Part shown: positions 50,455 through 63,414 of the stretch, in pieces
Position numbering within the stretch: position 1 is the stretch's first letter
Layout: the number at the start of each line of letters is the position of its first letter
Assembly (NCBI GenBank): GCA_964016885.1
Contig: OZ024742.1
Span: 244,900,001 to 244,964,000 of the forward strand
Direction: 5' to 3'
From: Eledone cirrhosa
Lineage: Eukaryota
Length of the DNA stretch: 64,000 nt
The notes under the pieces: generated by a model
Seen by the model: only the letters and a program-made list of their open reading frames with translations
Databases searched by the model: none
Told to the model about the DNA's origin: nothing
Made by a program: the position numbers and the translations under genes

Positions 50455-52385
50455 AGGATTGGCGGTAGCGGACCGGACGCCATGCTTTGACGCATAGAGT
50501 TACGGTCCTTTATGATCTGAGTTCAAATCCCGCCGAGGTTAACTTTGCCTTTCATCCTTACGGGGTCGATAAAATAAAGTACCAGTCACGCACTGGGGTC
50601 GATTTAATCGACCCCCCCCAAAAAAAAAATTGCTGGCCCTGTGCCTATATAAGAAACATATTTTTACAGTAGTCTAGTGTCTCCAGTCGATAATTTGACA
50701 CAATTAACCAACTGCACCAGATCATAGAAAATTGTGTACAGTTTATTAGGCAAAGGTAGGGAATTGTCAGAGGCGTTGGGGTGTCGTCTTAAAAATGCGC
50801 TCTGAGTTCAAATCCCGCCGAGGTTAACTTTACCTTTCATCCTTCCGAGGTCGATAAAGCACCAGTTCAGTACTGGGTTCGATTCTTCTCCCTCATTTCT
50901 CTCTTTTCAGGCAGAAATAGCTGTGTTAGAGCGATGGGCTCCGTCAGTCTACAGATGTGTAATCTGAACATTAACTGCACCGACCTTACTGGATTGAAAG
51001 AACTAATTAGGTTGTTCGATATTTCTCAAGTTAAATAAGAAAACTATACATCATTATAGTTTCACTAACGAGGGTGGTGGATTAGCAGTATCGGTCGAGC
51101 GTCGGTTACCATGCTTCGCGGCATAGAGTTAAAACCTTTTGCATTCTAATGCGCTCTGAGTTCAAATCCCGCCGAGGTTAACTTTGTCTTTCATCCTTAC
51201 AGAGTCGATAAAATAAAGTACCAGTAACTCAATGGGGTCAATTTAATCAACTTTCTCCTCCCACCAAAAGTATTGGCTTTGTGCCTGAATCAGAAATCAT
51301 TATAGTTTCACTGATTTAAAACACTCTGACAATCAACCAGGCTTACCAGATACAAGTAGCGGATTACGTTAGTTTTCAGGACCACACATTACTTTAAAAA
51401 AAGGAAAAGAAATTTAGGCTGGTTGCTTTAAAGTTTAAAATCTATTAAATATCAAATTGAATTATCAACAAAGTAAATTAGAACTGACCTACTAGCAGTC
51501 GCGCGCGCGCGCGCGCCTTAATTTACTAGCCTGCGTGCAACAGAATTTTGCAAGGCGGTACAAGACCCCCTTGGGCCCCGAAACAGGCAAATATTTTTCT
51601 CAAAATAGATGTTGCATGGTTGTTGTGAGCCTTCTTAGCTCTTGGGCCCCGGAACAAAGTATCGACTGGACCCCACTCTCATAAGCCTACTGTGTGTCTT
51701 ACTAGCAAAAGTTTCATTTGGGGGTTTCTTTTTAACACAATTTGTTTCTTTTCGAAAATTTATTGTTACTTTTAATTAAACTTGTCTGGCAATCCAAAGA
51801 AAGGGAGGTCAGACTTGTGAATATCTATAAAACAACAGCCTCTCACCCCTCCTCCGTTTTGGGAGAGGAATATCTATTCCCAGCCAGGAGCCTGAAACAG
51901 TCTGGTTCAATCGGTCCCGGCAATAAGATTTACTATAAACAATAATTGTTTCTATTTTTGGCACAAGGCCAGCAATTATCCCAGTGTTAATGATTTCTAG
52001 TATAGGCACAAGGCCAGTAATTTGGGGAGAGGGGAAAAATCGGTTAAATCGTCCTCAGTGCGTGACTGGTACTTTATTTTATCGACCCCGTAAGGATGAA
52101 AGGCAAAGTTAACCTTGGAGAGATTTGAACTCGGACCGTAAAGGGCCGTAACTCTATGTTGCAAAGCATGGCGTCCGACCCGCTACCGATACTGCCAATC
52201 CACTTCTGTAAACAATAATTGTTTCTATTTTTGGCAGCAATTACCCCAGTGCATTACTGATACTTTATTTTATCGACCCCGTAAGGATGAAAGGCAAAGT
52301 TAACCTCGGCGGGATTTGAACTCGGGCCGTAACTCTATGCTGCAAAGCATAGCGTCCGATCCTCTACCGATACTGCCAATCCACC
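50455..52385. mobile_element. Cluster of major tRNA-SINE copies (50455-50660 +, 50755-50890 +, 51072-51303 +, 51942-52203 -, 52213-52385 -)
   Basis: Same family motifs as 1416-1603. Confidence 0.8.
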
Positions 52386-53026
52386 TGTGTAAACAATAAT
52401 GACTACAGTTAGATTTATTGATTTAAGCAACACATGTTAGATTGTTTAACGGTGAACAACGTCAACATGTATATGTATTAGAAGTATTGTAGCCTGTTAA
52501 CACAGACATATAACTCCTTTCAAATAAGGTTTTTATCTCGACCCAGCACCCCACCTCCTTCATCCATCCACCCAGCCCCCTTTGTTTCCTTTTTCTTTTT
52601 TTTTTTTAAAATATGAAACTAGTTGAAGTCTGAACAGCATATTTTAAATAACAAATACTGACACGAAAGACAGAATACTTATCAGGAGGACTAAAATCTC
52701 CAAATTGCAACTTGATTCTCTAAAATTTGGTGAGTCAAGACCCCCAACCCCCCAACTTCCACAAAAAAACAACAACAAAACAATAACAAACACAAACAAA
52801 AAAGCCACCCCAAACAAAAAAAGAAAAAGTAAATAATTTATCAAGAAATCTAATACTTATGTTCAACCGTAGTGTAAGCAGCTGTAAGAGTTTTACGTCA
52901 GATGGGATGTTAGACGAAGTAGTTCTAGTCATTTCACTCAACTGCCAGGCTACATAAATTACACTTAAATGGTTTATTTTAAAAATAATATTCCCTCTAT
53001 TGATTGAAACCTCATATGGATGGTAA

Positions 53027-53073
53027 TGCTATTGTTACTACTGCTCCCGCTGTTGCCATAGACGCTGCTGCTG

Positions 53074-53148
<75 letters not shown>

Positions 53149-53407
53149 CTGTTGCTGCTGCTGTTGTTACTACTACCACTGCTACTATTGCTGCTGCTGC
53201 TACTACTACTGTTGCTGCTACTACTACTACTGTTGTTGCTGTTGCTACTACTACTACTGTTGTTGCTGTTGCTACTACTACTGTTGCTGCTTCTACTACT
53301 GCTGCTGATACTACTTCTACTACTGCTGCTGATACTACTTCTACTACTGTTGCTGCTGCTGCTACTACTATTACTACAGTTGCTACTACTGTTGCTGCTA
53401 CTACTAG

Positions 53408-53450
<43 letters not shown>

Positions 53451-53802
53451 GTTGCTACTGCTACTACTGTTGCTGCTACTACTACTACTACTACTACTAC
53501 TACTAGTACTACTACTACTACTGTTGCTACTGCTACTACTGTTGCTGCTACTACTACTGCTACTACTACTACTACTGCTACTACTACTACTACTACTACT
53601 GCTTCTACTACTACTACTACTACTGCTACTACTGTTTCTACTGCTACTACTACTGTTGCTGCTACTACTACTACTGTTGCTGCTACTACTACTGTTGCTG
53701 CTACTACTACTGTTGTTGTTACCACTGCTGTTGCTGCTACTACTACTACTATACTACTTGTACTACTACTTCTGTTACTACTACTGCTGCTGCTACTGCT
53801 AT

Positions 53803-53839
<37 letters not shown>

Positions 53840-53857
53840 GCTGTTACTACTACTACT

Positions 53858-53917
<60 letters not shown>

Positions 53918-53937
53918 GTTACTACTACTACTAGTAC
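53027..53937. repeat. Compound (CTG)n/(CTA)n/(TTG) trinucleotide repeat, about 900 bp
   Basis: Direct inspection; source of the poly-Ala/Thr/Leu pseudo-ORFs. Confidence 0.95.
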
Positions 53938-54037
53938 TTCCACCCTATCTTTCATCTATACTCTCTTTTTATATTACACGGCTATACCTTCTATTAGTAT
54001 GACTACTATCCTTCCTGCCGTTATATTAAACTATGAA

Positions 54038-54420
54038 GGGCGGTGGATTGGCAGTATCGGTAGAGAGTCGGGCGCTATGCTTTCCAGCATAGAGTTACCG
54101 CCCTTTACGGTCTGAGTTCAAATTCCGCCGAGGTTAACTTTGCCTTTAATCCTTACGGGATTAAAACATGATTGGCCTTGTGCCTATACTAAAAATCATT
54201 AAGGGCGGTAGAGCGACAGTAAGCGATAGAGTGTCGGACAACATGCTTTGCGGTGAATAGTTATGTCTCTTTGTTTTGAGTTCAAATCTTGCAGAGGTTA
54301 GCATTGCCTTTCATCCGTACGAGGCAACAAAGTACCAGTAACGTACTGGGGTCGGTTTAATCGACTTTCCTCTCCCCACAAAAAGATTTCTGGCCTTGTG
54401 CCTAAATCAGAAACTGTTAT
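54038..54420 (+). mobile_element. Tandem pair of the major tRNA-SINE
   Basis: Heads gggcggt at 54038 and 54202. Confidence 0.8.
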
Positions 54421-54466
54421 ATTAGACTATTAAATATTATCTCACTTTTGAAAGTGATTCGCTCAT

Positions 54467-55319
54467 TCTCTCACTCACCCTCTCTCACTCACCCTCTCTC
54501 ACTCACCCTCTCTCACTCACCCTCTCTCACCCTCTCTCACTCACCCTCTCTCACCCTCTCTCTCTCACCCTCTCTCTCACCCTCTCTCTCCCACCCTCTC
54601 TCTCACCCTCTCCCACCCTCTCTCACCCTCTCCCACCCTCTCTCACCCTCTCCCACCCTCTCTCACCCTCTCTCTCCCACCCTCTCTCACCCTCTCTCAC
54701 CCTCTCTCACCCTCTCTCACCCTCTCTCACCCTCTCCCACCCTCTCTCACCCTCTCCCACCCTCTCTCTCACCCTCTCCCACCCTCTCTCTCACCCTCTC
54801 TCTCACCCTCTCTCACCCTCTCTCTCTCACCCTCTCTCACCCTCTCTCTCTCCCTCTCTCTCTCTCTCACTCTCTCTCTCTCACCCACTCTCTCACCCAC
54901 TCTCTCACCCACTCTCTCGCCCACTCTCTCACCCACTCTCTCGCCCACTCTCTCGCCCTCTCTCGCCCTCTCTCGCCCTCTCTCGCCCTCTCTCGCCCTC
55001 TCTCGCCCTCTCTCGCCCTCTCTCGCCCTCTCTCGCCCTCTCTCACTTTCTCTCACTCTCTCTCACTCTCTCTCTCACTTTCTCTCACTCTCTCTCACTC
55101 GCTCTCTCTCTCTCACTCTCACTCTCACTCTCTCTCTCACTCTCACTCTCACTCTCTCTCACTTTCTCTCACACTCTCACTCACTCTCTCTCTCCCTCTC
55201 ACTCTCTCTCTCTCTCCCCCTCACTCTCTCCCTCTCACTCACTCTTTCTCTCTCTCACTCACTCACTCACTCACTCTTTCTCTCTCTCACTCACTCACTC
55301 ACTCACCTTCTCTCTCTCA
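54467..55319. repeat. Polypyrimidine (CTCTCACC)-type minisatellite
   Basis: Direct inspection. Confidence 0.95.
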
Positions 55320-55572
55320 TATCTAAAGTATCATTGCTAAAATATATGTGGTGTGATTCTTATTTAATGGAGAAATAATGGAACTGGTGACCAGCGTCTC
55401 TTTAGCGTAGTGGAGAATGCAATTGCCTGGCGTCCTTAAGATGCAGTGTTTGACTACACGCAGCCGCCCCAGCTCACCTTTTTCTATCTCCAAGAGTGCT
55501 CGATTGTCTCAATCATTATTTATTAGTGATCGACTATTATTATGGTCATGTCATCGGAACGCACACAATATA

Positions 55573-55672
55573 CAGGGTGTCTCCCAAAAATGAATATACA
55601 CTTTGATTACCTGTACGGGCAATATTTATTAGAATGCTGTTGAAGTGTGTATATATATTTTTTGGCACCCTG
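55573..55672. mobile_element. Tc1/mariner-type MITE
   Basis: TA|CAGGGTG ... CACCCTG|TA. Confidence 0.7.
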
Positions 55673-56121
55673 TATATATATATAATGCCCCAGCATGGCC
55701 TCAGCCTGTCGGTTGGAATACGTAATAAAGTAATCGAGTGTATATATATATATACATATATATAAATTAAAAGTGACAAAGGCGCTGTGTGGTTACTAAT
55801 AAATATTGTTTAGAAAATGTAAGAGAAACACAAGGACAATTACCGCTCTTCGGCTGTCTGCTGTGAGTCGCTGATGTTTCGACGCATTAAAGACAGTACA
55901 TCTCACCACAGTGCGTTAATAACTACGTGGTATAGTTATTAGGGAAAGAAAAAAAAAAGACGAGAGTGAAGGAAGAACATATCGATCATTCGTTTTTTTC
56001 TTTTTCTTTTTTTTTTTTTTTGTACCGTTTTTTGGTTTTGCATTTGAAAAGAGTCGTAATAACCCTGAAAGATAATGTAGAAATATACAGTGTCAGAAAA
56101 ATATTACTTTGTATTGTTTTA

Positions 56122-56278
56122 CAGGTAAAATTCTGTTATAACGAATAACATTATAACGAATTTTTCACTATAATGACATTTTTTCAATCCCAGGCGACAC
56201 GCTCGATGTGTTAGGTCGATCTCGTTATAAGGAGTTTTTCTTATAACCCATGAATTTCGTTATAACGGAATTTCACTG
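56122..56278. mobile_element. Tigger/pogo-like MITE (second copy)
   Basis: Homologous to 37309-37465 with TA flanks. Confidence 0.8.
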
Positions 56279-56629
56279 TATTTGTCATCGTTTGTCCTTT
56301 ATATATTTCTATCGCAGGACCCCGGCGGCTGAGTTCCGGCCGTTTTGACAGCTAGATCCGAACACGGATATATATAACTTTAGTAGCAACAACAGTGTTG
56401 CTATTATTGGGTATAGACTTAGCCAGAAGGTTTAAAGCTCAATGCAGAGCTGATATATAACGAATAAGAAACGTCAAAGAGTTATGTTGTCAAATTAACA
56501 CGTTTCAGCCGATAAAGATTCATCGGGATGAATCTCTATCGGTTGAAACATGTGTTAGTTTGACAAGATATCAACTCTTTGGTGTTTCTTATATATGTAT
56601 ATATATAATATGTACGTGTGCGTGTGTAG

Positions 56630-57770
56630 AAGGTAAACAGAAATAACACAATCGGTATATGGAAGGAATATATTAATTTAACGCTTGAAATAGCAGGAAG
56701 AAGGTCTTAACATTTCAGACGCTAGTCCTTCTTCATCAGAAGAAAGAATGAGAAATGAGAAATATTAATGGGACGGGCGGGGCGGAATCGGAATAAATGT
56801 TTTTAGAGAAAAATAAGTCCATTCATGTTGCCATCCCTTGGAAAACTGTTGATGCTGGCGTTTTGTGTAAGATAGACTTTTTTTAGAAAAGTGGATGATG
56901 GAGCGCGTCTATCTGAAATGGAAAAAAACCCTTTTGTATATAGAGCTATACGCGTGCGAATGCGCGCGCGCGTGTGTTATACGTCCGTACGAAGTTAAGA
57001 GGATATGTGTGTGTGCGTGTATATGTAAGTAAAAGAGTGTACGAAGCTGTGAGCAAAAGTATGTTAATATAAGGGAGTGTGTGTGTAGAGAGAGAGAGCT
57101 GTGAAGGAGAAAGTAGTGTGTGTGCGTATTTTGTTGGTCTGTATCACCTGTAAGAGTATATGTTTCTGACCATAAGAGAGCCATAGGAACCTAGGAGATG
57201 AATGTACAATCGCGTGTGTGATAACGGACGGAGGGGGGGGGGAGCAAAGGGTAGAGAACTAAGCACGAACGTATACGTGTAATATTAAAGAAATTGGGAG
57301 GTGAGTTGAGCCCATGAGGGAAACAGGACCCAAGGCGGTAAATCAGACTTGTTCAATCCTGGTGCGCGAGGCCTGTGATCTGTGATGTAAAAGAACACCC
57401 AGGACTGAGACATGTAGGGAATTGTGACCAGGAGAACGGAAATGACGGGCGACGGGAGTATCCAAACCGAGTCGTATATCCCTCAAATGTTCAGCAAAAC
57501 AGTCCGCCAAACGGCGTCCCATTCGCCGATGTATAAAGACCCACAAAGGCAACACCGGAGGGAATAGACAACGTGGGTGGAGGTGAAGGAGTGGCGGATA
57601 CGGAATGAACCGTTGGGGCCTGTGAGAGTGGTAAGGGTGGAAATGAAAGGACAAGTGTTACAGCGGGGACGAGAACAAGGATGAGAGCTGGGTGGAGTCG
57701 TAGGAGAGGACAAGAAGGAACTGCGTACCAGGAGGTCACGGAGATTACGGGCGCGCTTAAATGCGATAAT
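56630..57770 (-). mobile_element. Penelope-like (Neptune-type) 3' remnant: GIY-YIG + pseudo-LTR
   Basis: AFKRARNLRDLLV, PCSRPRCNTCPFI, HVVYSLRCCLCGSLYIGE, RRLADCFAEHLRDI and PVARHF. Hammerhead-like CUGAUGA..ggac-uagc-gucu-GAAAUGUUA at 56705-56743. Confidence 0.85.
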
Positions 57771-58189
57771 GTAAAACATACGCTCGCACGCACACATACA
57801 CACATTTCTTCTTTTATCCATTTACTGATTTCAACCGTTCGACTGCGACCACCCCTGGGTACCACATCCAACGATTAATTCGATCATAATCACATTGACC
57901 GCAGTACTTATGGTATTTTTTATCGGTCTGTATTTGTCAAACCGCTAAGTTACAAGATATAAATGACAGCACTGGTTTTTAAGCGGTGAAAACACAGACA
58001 AAACACCTGTGCACGAATGGATTTGTCTTCGTTTGTCTTTCTCTTGCGAAATACGAAAATGTTCAATTCACACTTATGTTAGAAATGTGTAGTGCATGTT
58101 AATTGTACGTTGGTAAATTGGATTATTTCATACTTAAAGGTTTCGTGCGATTGACATTACAATTAAATTGTCTGTCAATGATTCTAAAA

Positions 58190-58742
58190 TAATGATTTCT
58201 ACTATAGGCTTAAGGCCAACAATTTGTGGGGAGGGGAAAGTCGATTACATTCACTCTAGGCGTATGGCTTAGTGGTTAGAACATTGGGCTTGCAATCAGA
58301 AGGTTGTGAGTTCGATTCTCTGACCGGGTGATGCGTTGTGTCCTTGAATAAGACACTTTATTTCACGTTGCTCCAGTTTACTCAGCTGTAGAAATGAGTT
58401 GCGACGTCACTGGGGCCAAGCTGTATCGGTCATTGCCTTTCCCTTGGACAACATAGGTGGCGTGGAGAGGGGAGACTGGTATGCATGGGCGACTGCTGGT
58501 CTTCCACAAACAACATTGCCTGGACTTGTTCCTCGGAGGGGAACATTTCTAGGTGCAAATCCCATGGTCATTCGTGGCCGAAGCGGGTCTTTTCTTTTTA
58601 GTACGTGACTGGTACTTTATTTTATCGACCCCTGAAGTATGAAAGACAAAGATGACCTCAGCGAGATTTGAAATCAGAATGTAAAGAGGCGAGACTAATT
58701 GTTGCAAAGCCTTTTGCTCGACGCTCTGCCAATATATCGCCT
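58190..58742. mobile_element. Major tRNA-SINE (-) interrupted by a CORE-type SINE (+, 58259-58600)
   Basis: Halves of the major SINE flank an intact-looking CORE-type SINE. Confidence 0.8.
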
Positions 58743-58959
58743 TTAATTATTATAAAATAATGACAAGAATAGAATGGTATTTAGGGTATTTAAAAGTGTC
58801 AGCAGTTTTTGATTGGTCATCTTGTCGATGACGACAAGCCCTTATTTTATCAAGCATTAGGAGGTGGTACTTTTTAAAACTTCAAGATCATGATAAACAC
58901 GCCAAGAAAAATATCGTGTGTATAGATGGTTACATATTCTATGTACAGATATATCTAAA

Positions 58960-59228
58960 GTCTGTCTTAAGCCAGAAGGCTCATTTGGCCGGTGCTTATC
59001 CCGGTTTCATAGCGTGAAGCGACTGAGAGTACAAGACTCTCACTTGGACAGGACGCCAGTCCATCGCAGGGTTAAACCTCCAGCTATTGATGGTACTCAT
59101 TTTCAGCTGAGTATACTGGAGCAACCTGAAATGAAGTGTTTTGCTCAAGAACACAACACGCAACCCGGGAATCGAACCCACGACGTTATGATCGTAAGTC
59201 CAACACCCTTACCACTAGGCCACGTGTC
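58960..59228 (-). mobile_element. CORE/V-type tRNA-SINE
   Basis: Homologous to 36941-37220. Confidence 0.8.
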
Positions 59229-60768
59229 TCTACTGTACAGATATATAGAGTGTAGTAAATGATATTATCTAAGTCAATGATATATCAAATAAATGTATTT
59301 ATATGTATGGATACGTAACAATGGAGTTGTAGGGGCGCTGTCGTGATACACAGCGTATTTTGGCCATTTTAAACCTGGCAGAGCCCGTCTCCTCTCCAAA
59401 TCTGAATAAGGCAGATTTCTTCCAGAGAAGGATAAAGAGTGTTTGGGAGGAAGTGAGAAGGACATATAGCGGAAGAATCGACCCCAGTATGAAAGGCAGG
59501 ATTTGAATTCTGTGAGCAGAGAGCAGTAAGTAACACCGCAAAGCATTCTATCCGATGTTCTAACGATACTGCCACTTCGCCACCTTTACGTATGTTGAGT
59601 TTGGGAAGATGGGTGGCTCGCGTTTGATTTGCCGAATTTGGAGGGTGAGTGCAGTTTAGTTTGGCAGGAATCATGAGTACAGGTTGGTTTAGGGTGTTTG
59701 CTTAGTGTTTATGGACTGATTGGAGTAATAACGGTCTTGTTTACGTATATAAAGGCAAGCAAATAAAAATATTTTACTTTCAGAATGTACATTTGTTTAA
59801 GTTAATGTCAATTAGGAATGGAAAATTACTATTTGTAAAGCGTCTTAAATATATTGGAAATGAATAAAAACAAAAACTATATTACACTTGAAATTGATTA
59901 CATGATTGGCTTCTTGACACATCCTAACCACTATTCAAAAGCAAGACAAGAAAGCAATAACCGATAAAATTACTTCTTTTAAATAGCTTAGTCAATAGAG
60001 GAACGGCAGCGCCCATGACCTTTTTAAGGGCTTTCTTGATTGGTGGGTGGGTGGGTGTAAGGAGGAAGTTATCGTGAGACCGGAGACCTTGCCCATATGT
60101 CTATAACAGAGTGGACTCCACTAAAGACACCAAAAATCCAGCTGGTGGTGTCAAACTGGGTGACACATCGTCTACCACTTCCAAATAGAAACGGTCTCTT
60201 CGGTATACTTCCACACACTTTCCGTCTAGTAAATTTCACTCAAGTTTTTGGTTGGCACAAAGCTGTGGTAGAAGACATTTGACTAAAGTGCTGCGTAGGG
60301 AGATCGAAGTAGAAACCCTGTTGTTGTGAAGCGAAATTCTTTAAACAGCTATGCTTGCGCCCGTGCCTCTTCAAGTTACTTTAAAAACATGTATAGCAAC
60401 CTACAACGATTATTAATGTCACGCTACATACAGATAAAACAAACGGTTTTGACATTCGGGAGTAATATAATCAGCTCTATCTTCGTTGTGGATCTTACTA
60501 AGACCCAGAATAGGTATAAATCAGCAGGGTCCTTGTTAACCAGAGGTTGCAAGCTAATATGAATAGCGTCTCATAGCATGCTTTCACGAGGCTTTTATCA
60601 AATTAGGTTAAAAATACAAAATGGGATTGAGGGCAAATACCTTAGGGTAAATATCTGCATACTGAATAACAAAACGATAGGATATCTTACTTAATACAAT
60701 AAGTTGGAAAACTTCGATTAACTGAAATTACTTAGAAAATCAGAAGACTAATATCCTCTAAGGGTGTT

Positions 60769-60950
60769 TAAGACAATGGCTCTTCCAGCGCGTCTCCCTC
60801 ACCATCCTCCGGGGAAACGTCTTCTCTATTCTGTCTGTCGGAGCCGCGGGGCGGACAGCGCATGGACCCCCATTTGCTCATAATAGTGAGAGATGGGGAG
60901 AGACGGATACAGTGGGAGTTTGGTTCCATTGTGTTCGGACCTGGTGTATA
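60769..60950 (+). mobile_element. CRE-type LINE 3' fragment
   Basis: Encodes QWLFQRVSLTILRGNVFSILSVG. Confidence 0.75.
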
Positions 60951-61804
60951 TGTATATGTTTATTTACCACATCACATTTTAGCCCTAAAATGAATTAGTT
61001 CATTTAAATTCTGGAAAATATAGAAAATGCCGTATAGAAGTAAATCTGGTCATAAGCCAACTGGCGAAAGTAACGGACATATTTCGGTCATATTAGACCG
61101 CCTCAGCAAAGCATATTCTACTTTGTTTGCAAGACAGTGTGTGATCTGTATATGTAGAAATAGAGAGAATATAGTGATACTGATTATAAGTATCAACAAT
61201 ATGACAGCAGGACAATACCCTAGGGGAGCGTTATATATACAAATAAATTAACAGGGGTATAGTGTGTCGAAAATATTACAATCAACTGAGATTCTTTATG
61301 CCACTAATTGACAATTGGGCGTTTCAAATCTGAAGACAAATATTTGTCGTATTATTTACTAGCATTCTCTCGTTGGTTTTATTGTTTCCTTAGAAAGTGT
61401 TGTTGGGGTTTAACCCAATAGCTTCTGCGGTAGTTGACGGAAAGACTCTTACTGTGTTGTAAACCTCCTATTCATTTTGTTGCGATACGTTCTCTACCTG
61501 CATCATTGTCACTTCAGCCACAAACTCGGGCACTACTACCCATAATGCAGAAGAGCATACCCCAAGTACTTGGACTTGACCAATTGCTTCTTTTTCGTGC
61601 CAGTTGCCGTCGAAACCTCCGATGCCACCGGTTCCCGTATTACTGTTCCCACCAGCGAAATAAGGAAAAATGCGCTTCATCTGAGGAAGGAACTCCGTGA
61701 GTTTGAGTGACAGATGTAGTAGTGGGTGTTAGTGGCTGTTCTCCGCAGCAATGTTTTCGTCATCTTGTCCACAGGGCACAGCTGAAATATACTGCCTAGA
61801 CTGC

Positions 61805-63035
61805 GGTATAGAGCGTCGGACAACATGCTTTGCAGGATATAGTTACGGTCTTTTACGTTCTGAGTTCAAATCCCGCCGAGTTTAGCTTTGCCTTTCATAT
61901 TTTGCGGGATCGATAAAATAAAGCACCAGTAATGCACTGAGGTAAATTTAATCGATTTCCCCTCCCCCAAAATTGCTGGCCTTGTGCCTATAGTAGAAAC
62001 AATTATTTAATTTTATTTTTTATGGCAAACATATTTTAACTGAAATTTGTTGAATAAAAGTGTTCAAAATTTGAAGTCCTATCATAATAGGACAGCGAGA
62101 TTTGTTTGATGAATGTTCCCTAAATAAAGACAGGTTTTGCTTTTTGTCCTGCGAGTTATTTAGTTGTCACTTTCTTCACAAAGACAAAATAGCAGACTGT
62201 TCGGTCGATTTAGTTGTCGACGACTCGATAAGGAACATATACATCTAGTGTTTGATTTCATGGCTATTAGAGGTTGATTTTTTTAACTGTTAAGTAATAA
62301 ATTTCTGGTAATGAACTAGTGAGAAGAAACCTATGAACATTTTATTCTTTAATTGCTCACATCTAGCTTGTGAACAAATAGATAAAGTTTACCGTATACT
62401 TTATGATTAGTTACCGGATACAGAGAGTGTTATATTATAGGTGAAATAGTCATTAAAGTAATTTGGTGAGTAAAAACTTAGCTTAGAAGAAAAAGGAAAT
62501 TTATTTAGATAAATGGTGACAGTTTTTTTTTCTCTATTTCTATAATATACATTTAATTATGAATAATACTTTCCCACCTAAATACATCTACTTTTGAAAA
62601 ACAAAGGTGTCAATGAATGATGAGAACTTCAGAAAGCAGGTTACAATGTGGTAGACATATACAAAGGACAAATAATTGTTTCTACGTTTGACACAAGGTC
62701 AGAAATTACTTGTACTTTATTTTGTCGACCACGTAAGGATGAAAGGCAAAATTAACCTCGGCAGGATTTGAACCCAGAACGTAAAGGACCATAACTCTGT
62801 GTTGCAAAGCACGGTGTCTGATGCTCTACCGATACTGCCAAACCACCGCCCTAATAATTGTTTCTACTTTAGGCACAAGGCCAGCAATTACTCAGTACAT
62901 TACTGGTACTTTATTTTAACGACCCCGTAAGGATGAAAGGCAAAATTGACCTCGGCGGGATTTGAACTCGGAATGGAAAGGGCCGTAACTCTATGCATCA
63001 AAGCATGACGTCCGACCCTCTACCGATACTGCCAA
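61805..63035. mobile_element. Major tRNA-SINE copies (61805-62005 +; tandem 62672-62851 and 62853-63035 -)
   Basis: Family motifs as above. Confidence 0.8.
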
Positions 63036-63414
63036 TATCCAGTCATACCTCCAGACCCTCTTTTAAAATGGAAAATAAAAACAATGCGTTTTTTTTTTGT
63101 TTTGTTTTTTAAACTAATCCGAGTGTTTGGATATTTCACCCCTCTCTCTTGTTTTTTGTTATTTGTCTCCAGATCTGCACCGTTCAAGTAGATCTATTAT
63201 CAAAAACATTCCAGCCATGTTCATCTTGTCTTTTAGGGGCAGGATGAAGGACTACATTATCTAACATGTCATATTCTTTAAAGACAGTTAAGTGTAATAC
63301 GAAGATGGTTTTTCTGCTATTTCTAGTTGATGTTTCTACGTTGTTGCTTTTTCGTGACTTTGATCAATAGTCATCTACTCTAATTCTAGTGCTTAAATAA
63401 TATATTTATGTATA

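Noticed and set aside
53004-54002. 332-aa Ala/Thr/Leu ORF as a mucin-like gene
   Set aside because: Arises from a trinucleotide repeat that is open in several frames; no supporting gene structure.
54448-55326. 292-aa Ser/Leu/His/Pro ORF, and similar ORFs at 777-1496, 10096-10486, 12985-13654, 43683-44659, 45213-45979 and 49259-50074
   Set aside because: Translations of microsatellites or low-complexity DNA that lack stop codons.
58259-58330. Functional tRNA genes at SINE heads (also 24020, 36941, 54038)
   Set aside because: A and B boxes are present but there is no closed acceptor stem; they continue into SINE bodies.
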